Source of the DNA: an uncultured Chloroflexia bacterium
GTDB taxonomy: Bacteria; Chloroflexota; Limnocylindria; Limnocylindrales; CSP1-4
Length of the DNA: 64,000 nucleotides
NCBI GenBank assembly: GCA_963696405.1
Contig: CAVOJY010000002.1
Coordinates: 259,803-323,802 of the forward strand
Direction: 5' to 3'
Shown: piece by piece, positions 49,933-59,177 of the stretch
Numbering within the stretch: the stretch's first letter is position 1
Layout of the letters: each line of letters opens with the position of its first letter
The notes under the pieces: model-generated
Databases searched by the model: none
What the model was told of the DNA's origin: nothing
The model's input: the letters and a program-made list of their open reading frames with translations, nothing else
Translations under genes and position numbers: made by a program

Positions 49933-50521
49933 GGTCTGTCCGGGGTGTCTCGCCCCGAGGGCGGGCCGCGCTGGGGGCGCCGCCCGCGCAGGGGGGCCGT
50001 CCGCGCCCGTGGGACGGCCGCCGGCCATCCTCGGCGCTGTCCGGGGCACCGGCGGACGGTTCCACCTCGGGCGCGTGGCCGTGTACCGGCCCTCGCCCGA
50101 CCCATCGCCGCACGGCCGCCTTCGCCGTGGCGGTACCGCCCGCATCAGTATTCCTGCAGCATCAGGGTGTCGAAAGGGCACCGATGAGCCTTGGACATGG
50201 GCGCCGCCCCGGCCGCGCGCCCGGGCGCCTGCGCCCGTGCTCCCCAACGGCCTTGCGTGGCATCCGGGCAGCCCTTCGGGGGATCGGCGGCTGAACCGCG
50301 AGCCTATGCGGAGCCGACGGCGCCGCATAGGCCCCGGAATAGCAGTGCCAGCGATTCGGCCGGCCGCTTTGCCTGCAGGCCGCTGTGCCTGCCGGCCGAT
50401 GCGTCGGAATGGCCGTGCCGCGGTGTCCGCTGACCGCGGCGGCTCTCCCCGGCCGGTACACTCTCGCGGCGGGCGGGTTCGCGCGGTCGGCCAGAATGGT
50501 CAGCCCGCACGGGGGATTGGA

Positions 50522-51373
50522 ATGCGCGTCGCGATTATCGGGCTCGGGCTGATCGGGGGATCGATCGCGCGCGCGCTCGCGGCCCGCCAGCCGGGGCAGT
50601 GGCACGTCATTGCGTGGAGCCGCGGACGTGCGCCGGAGGAGGCGCTTGCAGAGGGCGTGGTACAGGGCGTCGCGGCGACCCCCGAAGAGGCCGCGAGCGT
50701 GGAGACCGTCGAGCTGGTCGTGCTGGCAGCGGCGCCGGCCGCGAACCTCGAGCTTCTTCGTCGGCTGGGCCCGCTCCTGGCCGGCCGCGGGGCAGTTCTC
50801 ACCGATGTCACCTCGGTCCAGCGCCCGATCGCAGCTGCCGCGGCCGCGGTGCCCGGGCTGTGTTTCGTGGGTGGCCACCCAATGGCCGGGCGGGAGCAGC
50901 GCGGCTACGGCGCGGCGACCTCCGACCTCTTCGTTGATCGCCCCTGGCTCGTGCTCCCGGCCCCCGGGGCTCGACCGGAGGACACCGCCCGCGTGGAGGC
51001 CCTCGCGTCCGGTTGCGGCGCGCGACCGCGGCGGATCGACCCCGCGACCCACGACCGGCTGGTGGCCGCCATCTCCCACCTGCCGCTCGTGGTCAGCGCA
51101 GCGCTCGCGGAGGCAGTCGCTGGCTCGTCGGACTGGCCCGCCGCCTCGGAGCTCGCGGCGAGCGGATGGCGCGACACGACCCGGCTCGCCCGCGGCGACC
51201 CGGACCTCGGCGCCGGCATCGCCTCGCTCAACCGTGATGAGATCCTGGTCTGCCTCGATCGATTGGAGGAGACCCTGGCCGCCTGGCGCGCGGATCTCCG
51301 CGCCGGGGACGTCGGCGCTCTCGCCTCGCGCTTCGAGCGCGTCCGGTCCGCGCTCGAGGAGATCGCCCGGTGA
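50522..51373 (+). CDS. tyrA: prephenate/arogenate dehydrogenase
   Basis: MRVAIIGLGLIGGSIARAL Rossmann motif, GGHPMAGRE, HDRLVAAISHLP, GWRDTTRLARGDP. Confidence 0.85.
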   Translation: MRVAIIGLGLIGGSIARALAARQPGQWHVIAWSRGRAPEEALAEGVVQGVAATPEEAASVETVELVVLAAAPAANLELLRRLGPLLAGRGAVLTDVTSVQRPIAAAAAAVPGLCFVGGHPMAGREQRGYGAATSDLFVDRPWLVLPAPGARPEDTARVEALASGCGARPRRIDPATHDRLVAAISHLPLVVSAALAEAVAGSSDWPAASELAASGWRDTTRLARGDPDLGAGIASLNRDEILVCLDRLEETLAAWRADLRAGDVGALASRFERVRSALEEIAR

Positions 51374-51448
51374 CGGGCTCGCGAGGGGCCGTCACGGCAG
51401 CCTCGGAGACGTCCGGTCCCGCGCCGATCGGCGACCGGTGACCGACCC

Positions 51449-52036
51449 GTGAGCGACCCCCGCACCGAGCTCGTGCTCGGCGTTCCTCGCGCGCGGCTGT
51501 GGGACGGCGCCGGCTGGCGCGGCGTGCGCGAACACGGGATCGAGTCGATCCTCGCAGTGGTCAGGGCGGAGGCCGGCTTTCGACCACGCGGAGAGGTCGA
51601 GGACGATCCGTCCTGGAAGCAGGTCATCCCGTACGTGGTCCTCCGCGACGGCGCACGGATCTTCCTGATGCGACGCAGCCGCGCCGGCGGCGACCCGCGG
51701 CTGCACGAGCGGTACTCCATCGGCGTCGGGGGCCACGTGAACCCGGAGGACGGTGATCTCCAGGGCGGGCTCCTGCGCGAGTGGCAGGAGGAGATCGACG
51801 CCGCATTCGTGCCGGAGTTCCGGCTCCTGGGCCTCCTGAACGATGACACGGACCCGGTGGGGGCCGTCCACCTGGGGGTGGTCTACGAGGCAGACGCGGC
51901 GGGGCGGCCGGTGGCCGTGCGCGAGACGCACAAGCTGGCAGGCGAGTTCGCGACGCTCGACAAGGTTCGCGCGGTCGTCGATCGCATGGAGACCTGGAGC
52001 CAGCTCGTCTTCGCGCACCTCGAACGCACGAGGTAG
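51449..52036 (+). CDS. NUDIX-fold hydrolase family protein
   Basis: Nudix-box-like GGHVNPEDGDLQGGLLREWQEEIDA. GTG start. Confidence 0.65.
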   Translation: MSDPRTELVLGVPRARLWDGAGWRGVREHGIESILAVVRAEAGFRPRGEVEDDPSWKQVIPYVVLRDGARIFLMRRSRAGGDPRLHERYSIGVGGHVNPEDGDLQGGLLREWQEEIDAAFVPEFRLLGLLNDDTDPVGAVHLGVVYEADAAGRPVAVRETHKLAGEFATLDKVRAVVDRMETWSQLVFAHLERTR

Positions 52037-52047
52037 GCCTCGCCCGA

Positions 52048-52067
52048 ACGCACGCACGCACGCACGC
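52048..52067. repeat. tetranucleotide microsatellite (ACGC)x5
   Basis: Perfect repeat between two convergent genes. Confidence 0.9.
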
Positions 52068-52082
52068 GCAAGGAAGCGACCG

Positions 52083-52448
52083 TCAGGTTTCGTCGAGCGT
52101 CACGTGGTCGTCGGGCACCCAGCCGGCCCGTCCGTCGGCCGTGGTCACCCACAGGAATCCGGCTTCCGCGAGGAGGACATCGACCTCTTCCCCCTCGTCC
52201 ACGGTCAGCTCGATCGCGTCGTAATCACGGATGATCGCCCAGCCTCTGCGGTCCGGACGGATCCATGCCTGGGGTACCCAGCCGGCCCTGCCGTGGGAGT
52301 CGGCGCACCAGGTCCAGCCGGCGATCTCCGTCTTCCTGCCCTGGTCCGGGAAGAGCCGTTCGCCGGCCCGCACGCGCAGCGGGTCCGGGTAGGGGCGCAC
52401 GTACGGTTCCGTCACGACCCCGTGCCGGCCGGCCTCGTTCGCCTGCAT
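52083..52448 (-). CDS. hypothetical protein with tandem SH3-like (GWxWxxxxxGRxGWVP) motifs
   Basis: 121 aa. IAGWTWCADSHGRAGWVPQAWI and GFLWVTTADGRAGWVPDDHV. TAGGCT lies 6 nt before ATG 52448 with no SD. Confidence 0.5.
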   Translation of the reverse strand: MQANEAGRHGVVTEPYVRPYPDPLRVRAGERLFPDQGRKTEIAGWTWCADSHGRAGWVPQAWIRPDRRGWAIIRDYDAIELTVDEGEEVDVLLAEAGFLWVTTADGRAGWVPDDHVTLDET

Positions 52449-52524
52449 GCCGCCAGCCTAGCAGCGCGCCCGCAAAGAGGTGCCTCAGGCCGCGACGGGC
52501 TACGATGAGCGCCGGAGGTTCGCC

Positions 52525-54075
52525 ATGCGTCTCCCTGTCGCGCAAACCGTCGCGCGACGGCTTCTCCGAGCGGCCGTCGTCTCGTTCCTTGGCCTGTCGC
52601 TGCTTGCTGCCGGCGCGGCCTCCCTGGCAAGCGTGGCCAGGAGCGCCGACGACGGGTCCCGGGTCGTCGTCCTCCCCGTGGAAGGCATCGTCGACCAGGT
52701 CATGGCGGGTTTCGTCCGCGATGGCATCCAGCGCGCGGCCAACGAGGGCGCGGCGGCCGTCGTCCTGCGCATCGACACGCCCGGCGGCTCTCTCGAGTCG
52801 ACGCGCGAGATCGTCCAGTCGCTCCTCGAGGCGCCGGTCCCGGTCATCACCTGGGTGGCCCCGCAGGGCTCGCGCGCCGCGAGCGCCGGCACGTTCATCA
52901 CCCTCGCCGGCAACATGGCCTTCATGGCCCCCGGGACGAACATCGGCGCCGCCTCACCGGTCGGCGGGCAGGGGGAGGACATCGAGGGCACCCTGGGCAA
53001 GAAGGTCCTGAACGACGCGATTGCCAGCATCACGTCTCTGGCCGAGGCCCGCGGCCGCCCGGTGGACTGGGCGGTGTCGACCGTGAAGGACGCAGCATCG
53101 TACACGGCGATCGAGGCGGTGGCCGCCGGTGCCGTAGATGGGATTGCCGCGACCCTTGACGACGTGCTCTCCCAGGCAAGCGGACGAGAGGTCACGGTCG
53201 CTGGCAAGGCCGTCACCCTCGACCTTGCGGGCGCCACCACCGAGGAGAGCGGGATGAACCCGCTCCAGGGTCTGCTCCACCTCCTGGCCGATCCCAACAT
53301 CGCCTTCATCCTCTTCACCATCGGCTTCTACGGCCTCTTCTTCGAACTGCAGAACCCGAACTTCGTGACCGGCATCCTGGGGGCGATTGCGCTGCTCCTC
53401 GCCTTCATCGGCTTCGGAAGCCTGCCGCTCAACGTGGTGGGGCTGCTTCTCATCGGCCTTGCGATCGTCATGTTCGTGCTCGAGCTGACGGTCACGAGCC
53501 ACGGTCTCCTGACGATCGGCGGGCTCGTCTGCTTCGTGCTGGGCGCGGCCGCCCTCTACACCGAGCCGACGTCGCCCACCGGTCCCGACGTCCAGGTGGC
53601 GTGGCCGGTCATCGGGGTCATGGTGGTGATGACGGCGGCCTTCATGGCCGTCATCGTCACCGCTGCGCTCAGGTCGCGGCGGATGGCGCTCGTGCCGATA
53701 GGACTGGGAGGCGGCTCCGGCGGCACGCTGCCGGCCGGGACGACCGGGGAGGTCCGGCGGCCTCTCGACCCGATCGGGTCCGTCTTCGCGTCGGGCGAGG
53801 AGTGGACCGCGAAGAGCGTGCACGGTGACCGACTCGACCGGGGCGGGCAAGTCCGGGTCGTCGGCCAGGACGGGCTCACGCTCCTCGTGGAGCCCGTCCT
53901 GGCCGCCGGAGCCCGGCCCGGAACGCAGCCCGGCGGCCGCATCGCAAGCCGAACCGTTGGCCGACCCGCCTCCCGGGCCTGCGGAGCGATCCATCGGGAG
54001 CGCAGAATCGAACAGGCAAGGACCGGGTACGGGCGCCGGTCCCGGGGAATTCCCCGGCCCGCCCGAACCGGGTGA
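52525..54075 (+). CDS. nfeD: NfeD-family membrane-bound ClpP-class serine protease
   Basis: ATG 52525 after GGAGG. Signal/TM, ClpP-like RIDTPGGSLEST and SAGTFITLAGNMAFMAPGTNIGAASPV, multi-TM region, C-terminal OB-like GEEWTAKS...VRVVGQDGLTLLVEP. Confidence 0.85.
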   Translation: MRLPVAQTVARRLLRAAVVSFLGLSLLAAGAASLASVARSADDGSRVVVLPVEGIVDQVMAGFVRDGIQRAANEGAAAVVLRIDTPGGSLESTREIVQSLLEAPVPVITWVAPQGSRAASAGTFITLAGNMAFMAPGTNIGAASPVGGQGEDIEGTLGKKVLNDAIASITSLAEARGRPVDWAVSTVKDAASYTAIEAVAAGAVDGIAATLDDVLSQASGREVTVAGKAVTLDLAGATTEESGMNPLQGLLHLLADPNIAFILFTIGFYGLFFELQNPNFVTGILGAIALLLAFIGFGSLPLNVVGLLLIGLAIVMFVLELTVTSHGLLTIGGLVCFVLGAAALYTEPTSPTGPDVQVAWPVIGVMVVMTAAFMAVIVTAALRSRRMALVPIGLGGGSGGTLPAGTTGEVRRPLDPIGSVFASGEEWTAKSVHGDRLDRGGQVRVVGQDGLTLLVEPVLAAGARPGTQPGGRIASRTVGRPASRACGAIHRERRIEQARTGYGRRSRGIPRPARTG

Positions 54076-54096
54076 CCGGCAGGAGGTGTCCGCACC

Positions 54097-55068
54097 ATGA
54101 ACTTCGACCCCGTCACCATCGCGGCCTTGATCCTGGTCCTGGTGGTGATCATCACGCTGATCTGGCTGTCTGTGCGGGTCGTCAACGAGTACCAGCGGCT
54201 GGTCGTCTTCCGTTTCGGACGCACCGGCGACAGGCTCGTCCGGAACCCGGGTCTGCGCTTCCTCATCCCGGTCGTCGATCGCCCGGTCGTGGTGGACCTG
54301 CGCGAGCAGTTCATCGAGGTTCCCAGCCAGACGACGATCACCAAGGACAACGCGCCGATCAACGTCGACTTCCTCATCTACTGGCGAATCGGAGACCCGC
54401 TCAAGAGCGTCGTGAACGTCGCGAACTTCTCCGGAGCGCTGCAGGGAGTGGCGACCACCACACTTCGCGCCGTGATCGGCGACATCCTTCTCGACGAGGT
54501 CCTCTCCCGGCGCGAGCAGATCAACGAGATCCTGCGGGTGAAGCTGGACGAGGTGACCGAGCGCTGGGGCGGCAAGGTGACCACGGTCGAAATCCGCGAA
54601 ATCACTCCGCCGCGCGACGTGCAGGACGCGATGAACCGCCAGCTCTCCGCCGAGCGGACACGACGCGCCGTCATCACCGAGTCGGAGGGCAAGCGCCAGG
54701 CGACCATCAACGTCGCCGAGGGCGACAAGCAGTCCGAGATCCTCCGGGCCGAAGGCGAGCGGCAGGCCGCCATCCTTCGCGCGGAGGGCTACAGCCAGGC
54801 ACTCGAGCGGATCTTCTCGGCCGCGCGGGTCATCGACCAGAAGACGATGGCGCTCCAGTATCTCGAGGCGCTCAAGGTCATCGGCGCTGGCGCATCCACG
54901 AAGTACATCATCCCGATGGAGTTCACCGAGTTCCTCAAGCCGCTCGCCGCGTTCGCCGAGAAGGCCCTCGCCCCGGGCGAACCGGGTGCGCCGGGGCTGG
55001 CGTCCGGATCGACGTCCCGGCCACCGCAGCCACCTGCGGAGGACCGTCCCCGCGCGTCGGAGGCGTAG
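54097..55068 (+). CDS. SPFH/band-7 (stomatin/slipin-like) protein
   Basis: N-terminal TM, VNEYQRLVVFRFGR, LRAVIGDILLDEVLSRRE, and a coiled-coil AEGERQAAILRAEG. AGGAGG SD. Operon partner of nfeD. Confidence 0.9.
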   Translation: MNFDPVTIAALILVLVVIITLIWLSVRVVNEYQRLVVFRFGRTGDRLVRNPGLRFLIPVVDRPVVVDLREQFIEVPSQTTITKDNAPINVDFLIYWRIGDPLKSVVNVANFSGALQGVATTTLRAVIGDILLDEVLSRREQINEILRVKLDEVTERWGGKVTTVEIREITPPRDVQDAMNRQLSAERTRRAVITESEGKRQATINVAEGDKQSEILRAEGERQAAILRAEGYSQALERIFSAARVIDQKTMALQYLEALKVIGAGASTKYIIPMEFTEFLKPLAAFAEKALAPGEPGAPGLASGSTSRPPQPPAEDRPRASEA

Positions 55069-55152
55069 GCCCCGGGAGGCGCAGGTACCGCGAACCGGCC
55101 GCACCCGGACGAGACCGGCCCCCGACCTGCCGGGCACGTCGGGCGTGGCCGT

Positions 55153-56047
55153 CTAGGGGCAGGTCGTGTTCGCCATCTGGGCGGGCAGGATGCCTTCGAT
55201 CGCGAGGGGGTTCATGAACGCCTCGCGCAGCGTCGGGCCGGACTGCGTCTCCTTCATGCGGGCGATGATCGGGTCGAGGCACTCGGGCCGCTTGTACACC
55301 ACCGCCAGCCGGTCGATGACCCGGTAGTTGCAGAGCGGTGGCGGGTCCGCGAGCAGGCTGAATGATGAGTAGCCGGACTCCGTCGACTCGACTCCGGGTT
55401 CTGCCGTCGTCCAACTCCAGTCCCACGCGTTGTTGACGGTGCCGTTGTCGTCCACCGGGAGGATCGGCTTCCAGTTCGGCGCTCCCTCCTTCGTCGAGTG
55501 GGAGCTGTAGTGGCGGTAGACGGCGATCGGCTCCGTCCCCAGGTTGCGGACGCCGGTATCCCAGCCCGCGGACACGTCCCCGGTCCCGGCCGGCGGTGAA
55601 CTGGCCAGCTCGACCGTCCAGGAGAGGTCACTCAGCTCGACCTGGAACCCCGTGACCGGCACCCTGCAGTTCGCCGGCACGATGCCTGCGTCCCCGTCGC
55701 CCGGCTGCTGGCCGCCCGGCTTCCGCTCGGCCGCCCCCACCCTGATCGCCTCCGGGCTGCGCAGCGCCTCCTCCTGCGGGCTGGTTGCCACCCGGCTGGG
55801 CCGGTCCGGCCGGGATGCCCGCCAGGGGTGCGGGCACGGGTAGGCCGCTCCGCACGATGCCGACGACGAGAAGGGCAGTGATGGCCACCACGCCCAAGAG
55901 GACCCACCGCCAAACGCGAACCGCAAACGGGCGCGGCAAGGGCGGGTTCCTGGGCTTCTCGGGCGTGTGGCCCGGCTCCGTCGCCGTGAGGCGGGCAGGC
56001 GCGTCGACGGCGTCCCTGTCGGCCTGCGACCGCTCCCCGTTCGTCAT
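55153..56047 (-). pseudogene. hypothetical membrane-anchored extracytoplasmic Cys-containing protein, single frameshift
   Basis: ATG 56047 after GGAGGG. The N-terminus and TM helix (WRWVLLGVVAITALLVVGIV) are in ORF 55628..56095. The domain (PANCRVPVTGFQVEL...PLCNY...PECLDP...TTCP) is in ORF 55153..55926. The switch is at about 55788-55800. Confidence 0.5.
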
Positions 56048-56323
56048 CAAACTGGCCCTCCGTTCCCGAGGCAATGCTTCGTGATGGGCTGCCAACGTTC
56101 AGTTTGCCGGCACAGGCCTCCGGTCGACCTCGTTCGCCGCAGCTGTCGCGCCCTCTCGAGACCAGAGATGGCAATGCACACGGTAGGATGGGTCCAGCGG
56201 GCGTGCAATACCCGGCAGATCGACAGCTCCGCCGGCTCGTGCATACTGTGGACGTCGAGTCGTAATGCGGAACCAGCGGACGGGGCCGCTTCGCGCGCGT
56301 CCGACAGTGCCTGAGAGGAGCCG

Positions 56324-57484
56324 ATGGCCTCGAGGATCCTGGTAATCGAAGAAGACGCGGAGCTCCGCCACACCCTGTGGAAGACGCTCGAGTCCGGCGG
56401 GTACGAGGTGATGGTCAGCTCGGACGGCCTGCAGGGCGTGCGCCTGTGGGAGCACGGACACCCGAGTGTCGTCATCGTCGGCGCAACGCTGCCGGGGCTC
56501 GATGGCGCCGGCGTCACGGCGAAGATCCGGAGCGCGGATGCACCGGGGAGCCGCACGCCGATCGTGCTGACCACGACGGCCGCCGACACCGAACAGAAGG
56601 TCCTCGGGCTGCGGGCAGGCGCCGACGATGTTCTCGTGCATCCGGTCCATCCGGACGAACTGCTGGCGCGCGTCGGGGCGTTGCTGGCGCGCGTCTCCTC
56701 GGGTGACGCCGGGGGGCGCGGCCGCATCCTGGCCTTCTACGGGGCGAAGGGCGGCGTCGGCACGACGACCATTGCCATCAACGCTGCGATCGCCCTGGGT
56801 CGCGAGCTGAAGCGGAAGACCGCCCTCGTGGACGGCAACCTCCAGTTCGGCGACCACCGGGTCTTCCTCGACCTTGACGCGGGCAGCCGGTCGATCATCG
56901 ACGTCGTCCAGTCGGTGGCCATCGACGAGGATCTTCTTCGCTCGACCATGGTGCGGTACTCGAGCGCGATCGACCTCCTCCTGGCTCCACCCTCTCCGGA
57001 GACGGCGGAACTTGTGAGCGGCGAAGCCCACCACATGGCGACCATCCTCGATCACCTGCGACGGATGTACGAGTACGTCGTGGTGGACCTTGACCAGCGG
57101 CTCGATGAGACCACCCTCGACGTCATCACCATGTCGGACCGGCTCTTCGTGATCATGACCGCGGACCTGGCCTGCCTGAAGAACGTGCGGCTGCTGATCC
57201 ACACGCTCAACCAGCTCGGCGTGCCCGAGGAACGCGTGCAGCTCGTGCTCAACCGTTCGACCGCCTTCACCGGCATCGGGGCGGCCGACGCGGAACGGGC
57301 CGTCGCGCGCCGCGTCGAGCACAAGATCGCGAACGACTACCGTCGCGCCGTCGTCGGCCTCAACAGCGGCACGCCGGTGATGATGGGCAAGAGCGACAGC
57401 CCCCTCGGGAAGGCCGTGATGTCGTTCGTCCAGCAGGTGGATGGCGAGCTGTACGCCGCGAAGCCGGCGGCAGGCGCCTCCTGA
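56324..57484 (+). CDS. receiver-like domain fused to a CpaE/MinD/ParA-like ATPase (second paralog; phospho-acceptor Asp apparently replaced)
   Basis: RILVIEEDAEL...SVVIVGATLPGLDG (Gly where the acceptor Asp is expected), FYGAKGGVGTTTIAINAA. GAGAGGAG SD. Confidence 0.8.
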   Translation: MASRILVIEEDAELRHTLWKTLESGGYEVMVSSDGLQGVRLWEHGHPSVVIVGATLPGLDGAGVTAKIRSADAPGSRTPIVLTTTAADTEQKVLGLRAGADDVLVHPVHPDELLARVGALLARVSSGDAGGRGRILAFYGAKGGVGTTTIAINAAIALGRELKRKTALVDGNLQFGDHRVFLDLDAGSRSIIDVVQSVAIDEDLLRSTMVRYSSAIDLLLAPPSPETAELVSGEAHHMATILDHLRRMYEYVVVDLDQRLDETTLDVITMSDRLFVIMTADLACLKNVRLLIHTLNQLGVPEERVQLVLNRSTAFTGIGAADAERAVARRVEHKIANDYRRAVVGLNSGTPVMMGKSDSPLGKAVMSFVQQVDGELYAAKPAAGAS

Positions 57485-57599
57485 CCCGGGTCGAATCGTC
57501 GCCAGGACGGCCCGTTCGTCGTCCCACATGAAGCGACGGTGAAGTCGCAGGCAAGTCGCGGGTAACTCGGCGGCAAGCGACCCTCTCTAGGCTGGCCGC

Positions 57600-59177
57600 A
57601 TGCTTGCGACCCTGCTCACGGCCGTCGTGGACGGCCTCGAGGGCGCCCTGGTTCGCGTCGAGGTCGACGTGGCACCGGGGCTGCCAGCGTGCCACATCGT
57701 CGGCCTGCCCGATACGGCGCTGTCCGAGGCGCGGGAGCGGGTGCGCGGCGCGATTCGCAACAGCGGTTTCGAGTATCCCCCGCGTCGGATCACCGTGAAC
57801 CTGGCCCCGGCGGGCCGGCGGAAGTACGGGGCGGCGTATGACGTGGCGATCGCGGTGGGTGTGCTCGTGGCATCGGGCGAGGTGCGGCCGCGGGGACCCT
57901 CATGCGCCTTGCTCGGTGAGCTGTCGCTGGGGGGCGCGATTCAACCCGTGGCCGGCGTCCTTCCCATGGTCGCGACGCTTGCGCGAGCGGGCGTACGGCG
58001 GGTCGGGGTGCCGGCGGCGAACGTCGGGGAGGCGAGCGTGGTCGAAGGGATGGACGTCCTGCCGCTTACCCGGCTCGAGGACGCGGTCCATGCCGTGGCG
58101 GGGCGCGTCGAACGGCGTGCACGGCGGGCAACGCCGTCCCCGGAGGTGTCGGTCACCGGTCCTGCGTGGGCGAGTGCCGCCGGCTCGAGGGCGCTGGTGG
58201 GCGATGAGCCGTGCGTAGATCTTGCGGAGGTGCGAGGACAGCAAACGGCCCGCTGGGCGCTCGAGGTGGCGCTCGTCGGCGGTCTCAGTCTGCTTCTCGT
58301 CGGTCCACCGGGATCGGGCAAGACCATGCTCGCGAGGGCCATCGCCGGACTCCTGCCCCCGCTCGATGATGCCGAGGCCCTGGAGGTCACGGTCGTCCGC
58401 AGCGTGGCCGGGCTGCTCGGCCCGGGGGAGGGGCTCTGCCGGCAGCGGCCGTTTCGCTCACCGCACCACACCAGCTCGTACGTGGCACTGGTGGGCGGGG
58501 GCAATCCGCTCTCGCCGGGCGAAGTGACGCTCGCCCATCGTGGAACCCTGTTCCTGGACGAGCTGACCGAGTTCGACCGGAACGTGCTCGAGGCCCTCCG
58601 TCAGCCGCTGGAGGAGGGGAGTGTCGTGATCGCGCGGGCCCAGGGAAGCATCAGGTTCCCCGCCCGGGTCCAGCTCGTCGCGGCCATGAACCCCTGCCGA
58701 TGCGGGTACTTCGGGGATCCCGAGCGGCCGTGCCGCTGTTCGCCCGGCGAGCCCGAGCGGTACGTGCGGCGGGTGAGTGGACCACTGCTCGATCGGCTTG
58801 ACCTGCGGGTGGAGATGACCCGGGTGCCGGCGGCCGAGCTCCTGCGGGGCCCGGTCCCCGAGTCGAGTGCCGTGGTCGCCATGCGGGTGGCGGCGGCTCA
58901 GGCACGGTCCCGTTTCCGAAATGGAGGGCGGCTGAACGCCGGTCTCACGGGGCGCGAGGCGGCGGAGGCGTGCCTGCTGGGCCGGCGGGCGCGTGACTGC
59001 CTGGCGGTGATCGCGGACAGGCGGGGGCTGACGGCGCGGGGCGTCCACCGCATCCTGCGCATCGCGCGGAGCATCGCCGACCTCGACGCCCGCGATGTGG
59101 TGGCGGAGGCAACGGTCCTCGCGGCGGCCGATCTCCGGGACCCGGCGGCCCTCGCCGATCCTGCGCTGGCGGCGTGA
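57600..59177 (+). CDS. comM: Mg-chelatase-like AAA+ protein YifB/ComM
   Basis: N-terminal Lon-like domain (VEVDVAPGLPACHIVGLPDTALSEARERV), LLLVGPPGSGKTMLA, LFLDELTEF. TAGGCT lies 6 nt before ATG 57600. Confidence 0.9.
   Translation: MLATLLTAVVDGLEGALVRVEVDVAPGLPACHIVGLPDTALSEARERVRGAIRNSGFEYPPRRITVNLAPAGRRKYGAAYDVAIAVGVLVASGEVRPRGPSCALLGELSLGGAIQPVAGVLPMVATLARAGVRRVGVPAANVGEASVVEGMDVLPLTRLEDAVHAVAGRVERRARRATPSPEVSVTGPAWASAAGSRALVGDEPCVDLAEVRGQQTARWALEVALVGGLSLLLVGPPGSGKTMLARAIAGLLPPLDDAEALEVTVVRSVAGLLGPGEGLCRQRPFRSPHHTSSYVALVGGGNPLSPGEVTLAHRGTLFLDELTEFDRNVLEALRQPLEEGSVVIARAQGSIRFPARVQLVAAMNPCRCGYFGDPERPCRCSPGEPERYVRRVSGPLLDRLDLRVEMTRVPAAELLRGPVPESSAVVAMRVAAAQARSRFRNGGRLNAGLTGREAAEACLLGRRARDCLAVIADRRGLTARGVHRILRIARSIADLDARDVVAEATVLAAADLRDPAALADPALAA

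Noticed and set aside
50129-50140. GGCGGTACCGCC as a second T-box (for tyrA).
   Set aside because: It only resembles the GGUACCGCG part. It lacks GGGUGG and the AGAGA/GGUGNGA/specifier elements, and is simply a 12-bp palindrome.
57520-57585. GCGAC/GTCGC repeated 5-mers upstream of comM as a regulatory site.
   Set aside because: Five-base GC-rich words recur by chance at this composition, and there is no extended symmetry.
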